This document shows, piece by piece, positions 1 through 9,370 of a DNA stretch of 64,000 nt. Under the pieces are notes generated by a model. It was given only the letters and a program-made list of their open reading frames with translations, made no database searches and had not been told where the DNA came from. The stretch is from Dehalococcoidia bacterium (GTDB taxonomy: Bacteria > Chloroflexota > Dehalococcoidia > UBA2979): assembly GCA_965262725.1 (NCBI GenBank), contig OZ253555.1, forward strand, positions 2,496,001-2,560,000, given 5' to 3'. The position numbers were made by a program, and so were the translations under genes. Within the stretch, counting starts at the first letter, position 1. Each line of letters begins with the position of its first letter.

Positions 1-62
1 GGGTTTGTATTTCCGAAGGAATATTCGGGTGTATGAGGCTGAGGCAATTCATGTAGTGAAAC

Positions 63-655
63 CTGCCGAGCGACGGTTCTGGACAGGGTCGTCCGCCTAC
101 GAGGACGGCGGCGGGTTCGCGGCGATCCGGATCCCGGCGGCGAAGGATGGGCGGGCGCTGACCGGCTCCCTGGTCGGGCGCAGCGACGCGACCTACGGCG
201 ATCTCAAGGCTGCCGAACAGGGGGCGCTGGAGGCCGTGCGCGCGTACGCCCGGCGCACGCTCGGCATCGGGGAGGCCATGAAGCGCATCACGATGTACGA
301 CTCGATGCTGGGCGCGCGAGTGTACGAGCGGAACCAGGCGGACCGAGAGCGGCTCTACCGAGAACTGCTCCAGAGGCGACCCTGGGATCGCTGCCCGTGC
401 CCGATATGTGGGGAAATCGGCGTGGAGGTGGCCATCTTCCGGGGGAACAACCGCAACAGACGACGGGGGTTCCACAACCTCTGGGTCTTGCGCCGTCGCA
501 TCGAGCGCGCCTCGGGGCACAGCCCGGCCCACCCTCGTCGCCGATCTCGGGGCTCGGTACCCGACGCGGCCCGTGACCCACACCCACCGGTCGCGGCTCC
601 GGGCCAGGGTGCTTTCCCGTCGAGATGGGTGAGGTCAGTATGGAGGTGTAGGTAG
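63..655 (+). pseudogene. dpdA: C-terminal half of a DpdA-like tRNA-guanine transglycosylase paralog (7-deazaguanine DNA modification)
   Basis: ORF 5..655 contains AIRIP and RPWDRCPCPICGEIGVEVAIFRGNNRNRRRGFHNL, the Zn-binding C-terminal signature of DpdA/TGT-like proteins. The N-terminal catalytic part is absent, and bases 1-62 look unrelated. Confidence 0.7.
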
Positions 656-720
656 ACCGCGAGGCCGACGCTCTCTACGTCCGCCTCGACGAAGTGGAAA
701 AGAACGGGACATTCGATCCC
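640..720 (+). pseudogene. DUF2283-like small protein remnant
   Basis: Reads MEV*VDREADALYVRLDE. Resembles the YDxEADALYIRL motif, with an in-frame stop at codon 4. Confidence 0.45.
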
Positions 721-926
721 CCACCCTCACTGTCGAGGCATGCCGCGCAGTGGAATGTCTCGCCAAAGCTTGCGAACCCGGGAATCCCGCGAAACCGACG
801 GCAGGTCGATAAGCCGTTCCGGTGGTTTGCAAGGTCGATGGATGCCTGTGCCCTGCCCCGACGTTCTCGCCACTCGGCCGCGCCGAGGGATGCCGTTGGT
901 GCAACATCGTGAGCGATGCGACCTAG

Positions 927-2837
927 GACGCTGGTGCCAAACTCGAGTCACGGCGGCCGCAGTCGGTGTGAGAGGGAAGTGTAGCGTCGGGTGGGCGCGG
1001 GTCGGGAGTTGCGCCGCTGGGGAGTGAGCGGGGCCGGCATCGACCCGGGATCGGGACCCCCGGACGCAGGCTCTCCCGCAGTCGCCCCCGCCTCCGTCTC
1101 CCCTACGAGGGCGCTGTGACCGCCCACCGGGTTGGTGTGTGATGCAGGCCCAGGACCGCCAACCGCGCCAGGTTGACGGAGGCGGCGAGCAGATTGTGGT
1201 CGGCGTCGACCTTGAGACGGCCCCGGACACGGGCGACGCGGCCCCCGTGTCTGCGACGGGTCGTATGCGCCACCTTGCGTTCGACTCGCGAGCGGACCGC
1301 GCGGTAGCCGGATAGCCACCCGGGAGTCTCCTGGCGTGCCCGGGCGGCCGCGAGACTGGTCTCGTGGACGCCCACCGCGACGGTGCGTCCCCCGCGCGAT
1401 GTGGTGCACTGCGCGCGAAGCGGACAGGGGCTGCAGGCGCCCCGGAAGCAGGCGGTTCCCGAGCCGTCGGAGGCGCGGCGAATCGGCACCGTCACCTCCG
1501 CGGGGCAGGTCACGGTGCCCCTCTCCAGGTCGATGGTGAATCGCTCCTTGCTGAAGTGCTGATGCGGCGCGGTCGCTCTCTGAGTGCGGCAGCGGGACTC
1601 GACCCCGTGCTGCTCCAGCACCTCCTGGAACGCGCCCGAGCCGTAGGCCGAATCGCCGTAGACCGTCGGTGTCCCGGTGCTCGCCTCCGCAGCCGCGTCG
1701 GCGGCTAAGTCGTGTGCCCCTGCGTCCTCCAGCAGGTCCGTGATCAACTCCTCCGCAACCTCCCCGTCCGCCACGTTGCCCGCGGTCACCGTCGTGTGCG
1801 TGATGAGCTCCGACTCCGGGTCGACCGCCAGATGGCCCTTGTAGCCGTCGAAGCCGTGCGCGGAGCTCTTGCGTCCGTGGCGGGCGTCGGTGTCCACGGT
1901 CGAGATGATGCGGTCCCTCGCTACCCGCCGCGCAATCACGAAGCGCCCGCCGTCGTCCTGCTCGAGGTCCTGCCCCACCACGGCCGCACAGAGCTCGCCC
2001 GCCCGCTCGACGTGCCCGTCGAGCTCCCGGCCCTCCAGCACCCGCAGGCAGCGCGATACATCGGCCGCCAGCTCGTCGATGAGCGCCCGCGCGGCCTCGC
2101 GGTCCTCCCAGTCGCACGGAGGCTTCCCAGCGGCCCGGTAGTCGTCATCGCGCTCCAGCACCGCCCGCAGCTCGGCCCCGAGTCCGGGCGCATCGAGGCT
2201 CTCCGCCTCCCGCAGCAGCCCGCGGAGCGACGAGCGGAGCAACGTCACCGTGTCCTGCGTGGCGACGGCGTCGTAGAGCGGCGTGGAGTCCAGCACACGC
2301 TGAGCAGAGAGCAGCTTCGCCTCGCGCGCCACCGCGAGCGTGGCCTCGAAGATGCGCCGGGGACGCTCGGAGCCGGCGAGGCGAGCGCGCATCGAGACCA
2401 GGACCGTGTGCACGAAGCCCGGCGCGTCGTAGTCGAGTCCGCCGCAGGCGAACTTCCAGCGGGCGTCCCACTCGAAGGCCGCCACCGCCTCGCGGTCGGA
2501 GAGGCCGTGGAGTCGCTGCAGCACCATGACCGTGGCGACGACGCGGGGCGGAACGCTGCGGCGGCCGCGAGCGGCGAAGAGGTCGGCGAACATCTCGTCG
2601 GGGAAGAGGCGTTCACCCTCGCGGGCCAGGAGGGTCCAGATCGAGTTCCCGGGAACCCTCTCAGCGACGTAGGCGGTGCTCTTGAAGAGGTGGGGCTGCC
2701 TGGAGGTCTCTCCGAGTGTCATGGGCGCGCCTTCCGCTGCGAACGGAACTGATCACCCACATGATCGCATCCCGTGACTCAGCTCGCAACGCGACCCCGC
2801 CTCCAGCGGCACCCACCGTCCAAAAAACACCAGCCTC
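927..2837 (-). mobile_element. IS1182-family insertion sequence, complete
   Basis: Imperfect terminal inverted repeats GACGCTGGTG (927) and CACCAGCCTC (2837), each flanked by CTAG (923-926 and 2838-2841). Confidence 0.8.
1103..2722 (-). CDS. IS1182-family DDE transposase
   Basis: 539 aa with DUF772-like LSDREA, LDSTP, DRIISTVDTDARHGRKS, GYKGH, YGDSAYG, a CPA..CSPCPLRAQCT zinc motif and RSRVERK. Confidence 0.92.
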   Translation of the reverse strand: MTLGETSRQPHLFKSTAYVAERVPGNSIWTLLAREGERLFPDEMFADLFAARGRRSVPPRVVATVMVLQRLHGLSDREAVAAFEWDARWKFACGGLDYDAPGFVHTVLVSMRARLAGSERPRRIFEATLAVAREAKLLSAQRVLDSTPLYDAVATQDTVTLLRSSLRGLLREAESLDAPGLGAELRAVLERDDDYRAAGKPPCDWEDREAARALIDELAADVSRCLRVLEGRELDGHVERAGELCAAVVGQDLEQDDGGRFVIARRVARDRIISTVDTDARHGRKSSAHGFDGYKGHLAVDPESELITHTTVTAGNVADGEVAEELITDLLEDAGAHDLAADAAAEASTGTPTVYGDSAYGSGAFQEVLEQHGVESRCRTQRATAPHQHFSKERFTIDLERGTVTCPAEVTVPIRRASDGSGTACFRGACSPCPLRAQCTTSRGGRTVAVGVHETSLAAARARQETPGWLSGYRAVRSRVERKVAHTTRRRHGGRVARVRGRLKVDADHNLLAASVNLARLAVLGLHHTPTRWAVTAPS

Positions 2838-2968
2838 CTAGAGGGCGTCGGTAGGCTCGGGAGCCCGCCGATCACCGAGACCGGAAACTGCAGATGGAGG
2901 TTCACCGCCACCATCCACATATCGCCGACCCGGTCCCGGGAGGCGCGACCCACGCGAGATGCACGGGC

Positions 2969-3226
2969 CTAGCGCGTGCCAACCTTCTTCCACACCAGCA
3001 TGCGCTGCTGGCTGTCCGTCCACGAGCAGCGGATGCGGATGTTCGCCTGACGTGCCGCTTCCTGAAGCAGCCGCTTCACGGTCGCCGGCTTCTCGCCGCG
3101 CTCAAGCTCCACACTCCCCGCGTCGCCCGCCTTCAGCGCCTCGATGTAGGGCTTCCGCCTCTCCGCACCGGCGCGCCCGCGCCCGACGGCGACATCATCA
3201 GGGTCCACCTTCGTGAATGTGGGCAT
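2969..3226 (-). CDS. Hypothetical small basic protein (85 aa), possibly DNA-binding
   Basis: MPTFTKVDPDDV...LVWKKVGTR has protein-like composition and a GAGGAG RBS upstream. Confidence 0.65.
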   Translation of the reverse strand: MPTFTKVDPDDVAVGRGRAGAERRKPYIEALKAGDAGSVELERGEKPATVKRLLQEAARQANIRIRCSWTDSQQRMLVWKKVGTR

Positions 3227-3542
3227 CAGCTCCTCTCTCTCAGTATGTCCCGGATATGCGCCATCGCTGTTGCGCTCCCGCCCCTGTGTGGCCGGCGACC
3301 CGCCGCTCCCGGCGGTCAGCGCCGTCAGGGGCGGAAGGCCGTCAGATACCATTATCCCAGAGTCACGGAGGCACCTCCGTGCGTCTCCCGGCACGCGAAC
3401 CGGTCGGGCCTTCACTGGAGCCGGGCCAGGGACGTGCTGCCGCCGGCGGCCTGGGCTACGCGAAGGGCATTCGCCGCGCGAACACCTCTCCTGCGCGTGC
3501 TCACCTGCCGTCCGTCGGCATGCCGTGGCACCTCCCTGGTGG

Positions 3543-6029
3543 CTAGTGCGCCTCTCCGATGATTCCGGATTCGGCTCGGGCTGCGAGCGAGCGCAGGCCG
3601 GCGTGCTCCGGCCGTGTGAGTGCGGCATCGCTGTCGAGCACGGCTTCGGCCTCGACCTTCGTGGTGATGATCAGCTGGCCGTCGAGCAGTGCGGAGGCGC
3701 GCAACCGCGGCTGGCCGGACTGGCGCAGCCCGAACACGTCGCCCGGCCCGCGCAGCTCGAGGTCGGCCTGCGCGAGATCGAAGCCGTTGTTGTTGCGCTC
3801 GACCAGGGAGAGGCGCTGCACAGCATCCTCGCTCGGCTCGTCGGAGAGCAGGTAACAGAACGACCGCGCCTCGCCGCGGCCGACACGGCCGCGGAACTGG
3901 TGCAGCTGCGCGAGCCCGAAGCGGTCGGCGCTCTCGATGATCATCACCGTCGCGTTCGGCACGTCGATCCCGACCTCGACCACGGCGGTCGCTACAAGGA
4001 TCGCGGCCTCGCCGCGCGCGAAGCGCTGCATCGCAGCCTCCTTGTCGCGAGCGCGCATGCGGCCGTGCAGCAGCTCGATGCGGCTGGCGAGGTCCGGGAA
4101 CTGCTCGTTGCGGAGGCGCTCCGCCTCCTCGGTCGCGGCGCGCGACACCACGCGCTCCGAGCCGTCGACGAGCGGGCAGATCACGAACACCTGACGGCCC
4201 GCGGCGATCTCCACGCGCGCGCGCGCAAAGGCCTCCTCGCGCGCTCGGCCGTCCAGCATCCTGGTCGTGATGCCGGCGCGCCCCGGCGGCAACTCGTCGA
4301 TCAGCGAGAGATCGAGATCGCCGTAGGCGGTCAGGGCGAGCGAGCGCGGGATCGGTGTCGCGGTCATCACGAGCAGGTGCGGCGCCGTGGCGCCGTCGGG
4401 GCCGCCGCGAAGCGCGGAGCGTTGCTCGACTCCGAACCGATGCTGCTCGTCGACCACGGCCAGGCCGAGACGCCGGAACTCAACCTCGTCCTGGATCAGG
4501 GCGTGCGTGCCGACGACGAGCCCGGCGCTGCCGTTGCGAATCGCGGCGAGTGCCTCGCGGCGCTTGCGGGCGCCGGCGGAGCCGGTGAGCAGGACGGCGC
4601 GGACGTGGCGCCGCCGCATGTACGGCAGATCGGCAAGCCCGAAGCTGAGCAGGTTGCGGCCGGTGTCGAGCAAGGTGGCGATCGTGCGGAAGTGCTGCTC
4701 CGCGAGCACCTCCGTCGGCGCCATGAGCGCGGCCTGGCTGCCGCTGTTCGCGCAGGCCAGCATCGCCGCCAGGGCGACCACGGTCTTGCCCGAGCCGACG
4801 TCGCCCTGGAGCAGGCGGGCCATCGGCGTCGTGCTCGCGATCTCGCCCTCGATCTCAGTGAGCGAGCGACGCTGCGCCGCCGTGAGATCAAAGGGCAGGG
4901 ACTCGACGAATCCGCGCACCGTGTCCGGTTCGGCGATCGCCGGCGCAAGGCCCGCCTGTGCGAGGCGGCGCTTGCGCCGCACGACGGCGAGCTGCACTCC
5001 GAGCAGTTCGTCGAAGGCGAGCCTGCGCTCGGCACGGCGCGCCGCCGCGTAGTTCGGGGGGTTGTGGATCTCGAGGAAGGCCTGGCGCCGCCCGATCAGC
5101 CTGTGGCGTGCGCGCAGATCGCCCGGCAATGGCTCGTGGATCGCCTCGGCGTAGCGCTCGATCGCCTTCTCGATGTGGCGCCGGAGCATGGTCTGGGAGA
5201 GGCCCCTGGTGCTGCGGTAGACCGGCACGAGGCGGCCGCGGTACGCCTCGCGGGCGTCGAACAGGTAGAACGCCGGGTTCGCCATCGTGACCTCGCCGCG
5301 GCGGCCGTTGAAGCCGACCTTGCCGACGAGGGCGATTCCGGAGCCCCTCGGCAGGCGCGTTGCGAGCCAGGGCTGGTTGAACCAGGTGACGGCCAGCATG
5401 TTGCCGAAGGCGTCGCGTACCTCTGCCTTGCAGGCGCCGTGCATGCGGCCGCGCCAGCGCTCGGCGGTGACGGACACGACCACGCCGCTGACGGCTCCCT
5501 CCTCGCCGACCAGGAGCTCACGGACGCCGCGCGTGGCCGAGAAGTCGTGGTAGCGGAACGGGTAGTGGATGAGCAGGTCGTCGACGGTCGCGATCCCGAG
5601 CGTCTCGTAGCAGGCGAGCTCGTTGCGGCGGATCCCGAGCCGGGCGTCCGTGAGCGCTGTCTCTGCGGGAGGCGCGGACGGCGCCTTCGCCCGCGCGCGG
5701 CCGGCCGCCGGCTCTGGGGTTGCCGCAGGCTGAGCCGGCGCTGGTGCGCCTGCGGGCGACGCCGCGGCGTCGCCGGTCAAGCGTGCGATCTCGGTGTTCA
5801 GCCACGTCGCTCGCGCGGCCGGCGAGAGTTCGCGGTAGCGTGCCGGCGCGAGCCGCACGGCAAGCTCCTGCACCTCCGCGCTCTGCCCTGCCTGGCGGTC
5901 GAGGAAGGCGTCGAGGCCGCCGATGACCGCGCGATCGTGGCAGCCAGCCGCGTGCTCGAGCTCGAGCATTCGCACCAACCGCGCTGCTGTGAGCCCGCGC
6001 CTTGCCGGCGCGCGGGTCGCCGTCACCAT
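3543..6029 (-). CDS. recG: ATP-dependent DNA helicase RecG
   Basis: Wedge domain (WFNQPWL), RLLQGDVGSGKT, MAPTEVLAEQH, VDEQHRFG, MTATPIPRSL, QFRGRVGRG and DLELRGPG. The ORF is open to 6107, so the start is uncertain. Confidence 0.97.
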   Translation of the reverse strand: MVTATRAPARRGLTAARLVRMLELEHAAGCHDRAVIGGLDAFLDRQAGQSAEVQELAVRLAPARYRELSPAARATWLNTEIARLTGDAAASPAGAPAPAQPAATPEPAAGRARAKAPSAPPAETALTDARLGIRRNELACYETLGIATVDDLLIHYPFRYHDFSATRGVRELLVGEEGAVSGVVVSVTAERWRGRMHGACKAEVRDAFGNMLAVTWFNQPWLATRLPRGSGIALVGKVGFNGRRGEVTMANPAFYLFDAREAYRGRLVPVYRSTRGLSQTMLRRHIEKAIERYAEAIHEPLPGDLRARHRLIGRRQAFLEIHNPPNYAAARRAERRLAFDELLGVQLAVVRRKRRLAQAGLAPAIAEPDTVRGFVESLPFDLTAAQRRSLTEIEGEIASTTPMARLLQGDVGSGKTVVALAAMLACANSGSQAALMAPTEVLAEQHFRTIATLLDTGRNLLSFGLADLPYMRRRHVRAVLLTGSAGARKRREALAAIRNGSAGLVVGTHALIQDEVEFRRLGLAVVDEQHRFGVEQRSALRGGPDGATAPHLLVMTATPIPRSLALTAYGDLDLSLIDELPPGRAGITTRMLDGRAREEAFARARVEIAAGRQVFVICPLVDGSERVVSRAATEEAERLRNEQFPDLASRIELLHGRMRARDKEAAMQRFARGEAAILVATAVVEVGIDVPNATVMIIESADRFGLAQLHQFRGRVGRGEARSFCYLLSDEPSEDAVQRLSLVERNNNGFDLAQADLELRGPGDVFGLRQSGQPRLRASALLDGQLIITTKVEAEAVLDSDAALTRPEHAGLRSLAARAESGIIGEAH

Positions 6030-6205
6030 CTCGCTGTTGTTCCCCCTGCTCGCGCCTTGCCCGGGGGCAGGCGCCGCCGCCCGGGTGGTCCTGCTATCGT
6101 ACAGCACAAACGTTCTTATCCCGCTGTATTCTGGTCGCGCGCCTTGCGTCGCTGACTAGCGGACAGGTGGCGCGCTCGCAGGGACGAGAACGGGCAGGCA
6201 GGAGC

Positions 6206-6409
6206 ATGACCGCTGCCTTCTACGTCCACGAAGACAGGCCGACCGGCTCGGCCACGGTCCACCAGACGGGGGGCCCCTGCCCTGTCCCCCAGCGAAAGCG
6301 GGCGCGCGACGGGCAATGGCACGGACCGTTTCGACTCAAGGAGGGGGCGCTGAGAGTCGCCCGTGACGTCGGCCGCGACGTCTACGAGTGCCAGCGCTGT
6401 AACCCCTGA
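6206..6409 (+). CDS. Small Cys/His-rich protein (67 aa), putative metal-binding
   Basis: AGGAG RBS. Motif FYVHED..ATVH...CP...WHGPF...CQRCNP is paralogous to the N-terminal domain of 9371..10408. Confidence 0.7.
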   Translation: MTAAFYVHEDRPTGSATVHQTGGPCPVPQRKRARDGQWHGPFRLKEGALRVARDVGRDVYECQRCNP

Positions 6410-6491
6410 CGCCGGTGGGGCGATCCCCTCTCGTGCCGACGGACGGAGCACTCGCTGTGCCGGCGCGTTCGTGGGTTGCGATGGAGGACAT

Positions 6492-7145
6492 ATGACGACG
6501 CATGCACTGCCCTCCGGGAGAGAGTTGGCGGATCGCGTCAGGACGGCGATCGACGCGACCGGGTGGTCTCCCCGGCGGGGTGACCGGACGCGCCGGCTGA
6601 AGCAACGCGTGTGGGAACTCGGCTTCGACCTCGCCTCCGAGTGCGGCGTGGCGCTGTACCCCTTCGCTGGCAAGCTCGGGCACGACCTGGCCGACGACGC
6701 CCGGGGCCGCCTCGAGGCGCGGTCCGCGCACTTCTGGCCGTACCCCGAGGAGCATTCCACGCTCACGGAGTGGGCATACGGCGTTGCGTGGGCGACGTTC
6801 GGGGGCGAGTACACGGCCTGCTCCGACGACCGCGACACCGCCGAGCGGGTGCCGTCCTTCGAGCGCCTGGTGCTGGCGCTTGAGAGCGAACTCGCTCCCC
6901 GCAGGTGGGACGTGCTGACCGATCTCAACAAGCTGCTCTGCGCCCGCGCCGACCTGCGCGTGATGGTGTGGGACCGCGACGCGCTCGAGGACGGCTTCGA
7001 GCTCGTGGAGCCCCGGCTGCGTGCAGCCGCCGGAGCGGATGAGGGGTGGTGGCTGCTCAGCGGCCGGGGGAAGGGCGGCTTCGAGCACCGCGTCTACCCC
7101 GACGCGGCGCCGCAGGGCGTGCCGGCACCCGCCGGCACTCAGTAG
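6492..7145 (+). CDS. Hypothetical protein, possible degenerate PD-(D/E)XK fold
   Basis: GGAGGA RBS. EWAYGVAW...LVLALESE...DLNKLLCARADLRVMV pattern. Confidence 0.6.
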   Translation: MTTHALPSGRELADRVRTAIDATGWSPRRGDRTRRLKQRVWELGFDLASECGVALYPFAGKLGHDLADDARGRLEARSAHFWPYPEEHSTLTEWAYGVAWATFGGEYTACSDDRDTAERVPSFERLVLALESELAPRRWDVLTDLNKLLCARADLRVMVWDRDALEDGFELVEPRLRAAAGADEGWWLLSGRGKGGFEHRVYPDAAPQGVPAPAGTQ

Positions 7146-7285
7146 GATTGGTCGGGGCGTGCCGCCCGGGTGGGCCGGTCCCACGTGCGGCGCCGCCCAC
7201 GCCCGGTCGCGTTCACGCGCGGGCCCGGACGCAGGCGCGTCGTGCTCCCGGACACGCCTGGTCGGAACCGCCCGGAGGCGCGCCC

Positions 7286-8320
7286 ATGTCCGAGCAGACC
7301 CCCAGCCGGGCCGAGCTGGACGCGGAGGCTCACGCGGAGCTGGCGCTCCACCGCGCGGTCCTCGCCGAGATGGCCGCGCGCGGCGTCGCCGAAGAGGTGC
7401 TGGAGCAGCAGCGCGAGAACGTCGCGCTCGCGGCCGGGACGGCCGAGCTGCTGCGGCACAGCGAGCCCGGTCACGACTGCGCCCGTCTCGGCTGCCGCAC
7501 GGATGACCTGGTTGCCCGGATCGGCGCTCTGCTCACCGGCGTGCCGAGCGGCTGGCGCGCTCCATCACCGGACGAAGCGGCGCCGGGCCGGCGTCCCGCG
7601 ACGATTCGCGTGTCGCTTCTCGGCGGGTTCGGCGTCACCCGGGATGGGGTCACCTGCGAGCTACCGGAGGCGGAGCAGCGCCTCGTCGCGCTGGTGGCGC
7701 TCCACCGCGCCGTGGGCCTGCACTGGGCCGCGGAGCGGCTCGCGCCTCGCATCGAGCCGGCGAGCGCGGTCGCGCGCCTCCACGCGGCGATCGCCCGCCT
7801 GCGGTCGGCCGGCCTCGACATGCTCGACGTCGACGGCCGGGTGCTCAGCCTGGCGGCGGGCGTCACGGTCGACGCCGCGGAGGCGGAGGCGTTCTTCTCC
7901 CGGCTCGCGCGGCAGGGGGGCGCCCCGCGGTGGAGCGCCGACCACGACCGGCTCCTGCTGGAGCTGCTCCCCGGCTGGCCGGACGGCTGGGTGCTTCTCC
8001 AGCGTGTCAGGTTCGAGGATCTCTCCCTGAGCGCACTGGACACGGAGATCCGCCGGCTGCTGGACGGCGGCGCCCGGACCGCCGCCGTGACCTTCGCGCA
8101 GAAGGTGCTCCGGGCCGATCCGCTCCGGGAGAGCACCCTGCGCCTGCTGATCGCGACCCACCTCGCCGAGGGCCGCGACGGGCTGGCCCGTGACTGCTAC
8201 CTCGACTTCCGGCGGGATCTGCTCGACGGGTTCGGCTTCGAGCCCTCGCCGATGGCCCGTGCGCTCGTCGCCCACCTGCTGGGCGACGCGGGCGCGCCCG
8301 GCGAGAGATCTCCGGGCTGA
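7286..8320 (+). CDS. SARP/BTAD-domain transcriptional regulator
   Basis: RVSLLGGFGV, QRLVALVAL, ELLPGW.DGWV, ADPLRES, GFEPSP. Confidence 0.85.
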   Translation: MSEQTPSRAELDAEAHAELALHRAVLAEMAARGVAEEVLEQQRENVALAAGTAELLRHSEPGHDCARLGCRTDDLVARIGALLTGVPSGWRAPSPDEAAPGRRPATIRVSLLGGFGVTRDGVTCELPEAEQRLVALVALHRAVGLHWAAERLAPRIEPASAVARLHAAIARLRSAGLDMLDVDGRVLSLAAGVTVDAAEAEAFFSRLARQGGAPRWSADHDRLLLELLPGWPDGWVLLQRVRFEDLSLSALDTEIRRLLDGGARTAAVTFAQKVLRADPLRESTLRLLIATHLAEGRDGLARDCYLDFRRDLLDGFGFEPSPMARALVAHLLGDAGAPGERSPG

Positions 8321-8369
8321 CGCGTCGAGCGTGCGCCGGCCGGTTTCAGCGCCCGGTGTGGGCGCGGGC

Positions 8370-8723
8370 GGCACGGTCAACGACATCGACTGGTACCGGG
8401 TCGGACTGCAGGTTCGCGCAACCTATCAGTTCGACATGCGCGGCAAGCCGACCGGCGGGTGGCAGCTGGTCGACGGCGTGCCCGCGTACGTCTCCGTGGA
8501 CAGCCTGGAAGCTCCGAAGCTGCTGGGAATCCACGACGCGAGCGGCGTACTGCTCGCGGGCACGGACTCGGAGGTGGCGGGCACGGGCAAGGACAGCCGG
8601 ATCGCGTCGTTCAGCCCCGCCGCGGACGGTGTCTACTTCATCTCCGCCTCGGCCGAGAGCGGCTGGACGGGCACCTACGTACTCTCGCTCACCGTGACGG
8701 CCGGCGAGCACGTCACGACCTGA
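8370..8723 (+). pseudogene. C-terminal fragment of a surface protein with a pre-peptidase C-terminal (PPC)-like domain
   Basis: DIDWYRVGL...TYQFDMRG...LLGIHDASG...FSPAADGVYFISA...GTYVLSL. No credible start or signal peptide. Confidence 0.55.
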
Positions 8724-9002
8724 CCTTGCTCGCGCCAGGCGGCCCGACCGCGACCATCGTGGACGGCAGCGGCGGCGCGCTGAGTTGGAACACGCCCGCG
8801 CGGGCCAGGTCCGGCGGATGGATCCCGGTGCCTGCGAGGGCGCGCCGGGCGGCAGCCGTCCGGTTACGGCGAGGGCGGACCGTCGCTGGTCGCGAGCAGG
8901 GGCGTGTCGGGGGGAATCCCGTCCGCGAAGAGCGCGCGGAAGGCGCGGTTGACGGTCTCGGGCGCGCCGAGGACGTAGGGAACGGAGGCGCCGTTCTGTG
9001 TG

Positions 9003-9158
9003 GCGCGAGCGCTGGGCGACGGGCACCACCAGGCGCTGCGCGCCCTCGCCAACCGCCTGGTCGCGTTCCTGCACGGCTGCCTGGGCAAGCGTCGGCCCTA
9101 CGACGAAGAGGCGGCCTGGGGCAGCCTGAAGACTGAGCCTGCCGAGCTCGCCGCCTGA
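9003..9158 (+). pseudogene. IS110-family transposase C-terminal remnant
   Basis: Translates as ARALGDGHHQALRALANRLVAFLHGCLGKRRPYDEEAAW...ELAA*. Confidence 0.7.
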
Positions 9159-9370
9159 CGGAGGTCGTTGAGCGCCTCGGCGGGCCCGGACTCATCCAGA
9201 GTCTGGAGCTCGTCGAGGACGCAACACGGCGCGACGAGTACCTGCGCACCCCGCATCACGGGCGACCGGCAGCGGTCGGCCAGCCACCGCATGTCCGCGA
9301 AGCCGACACGCATCTCACGCCGGCCAGGACGATCCTCTCCGGCGTCGTCGATCTCGGAACACCGCCGCGA

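Noticed and set aside
3213-6155. 980-aa plus-strand ORF
   Set aside because: Antisense shadow of recG in high-GC DNA, with no motifs.
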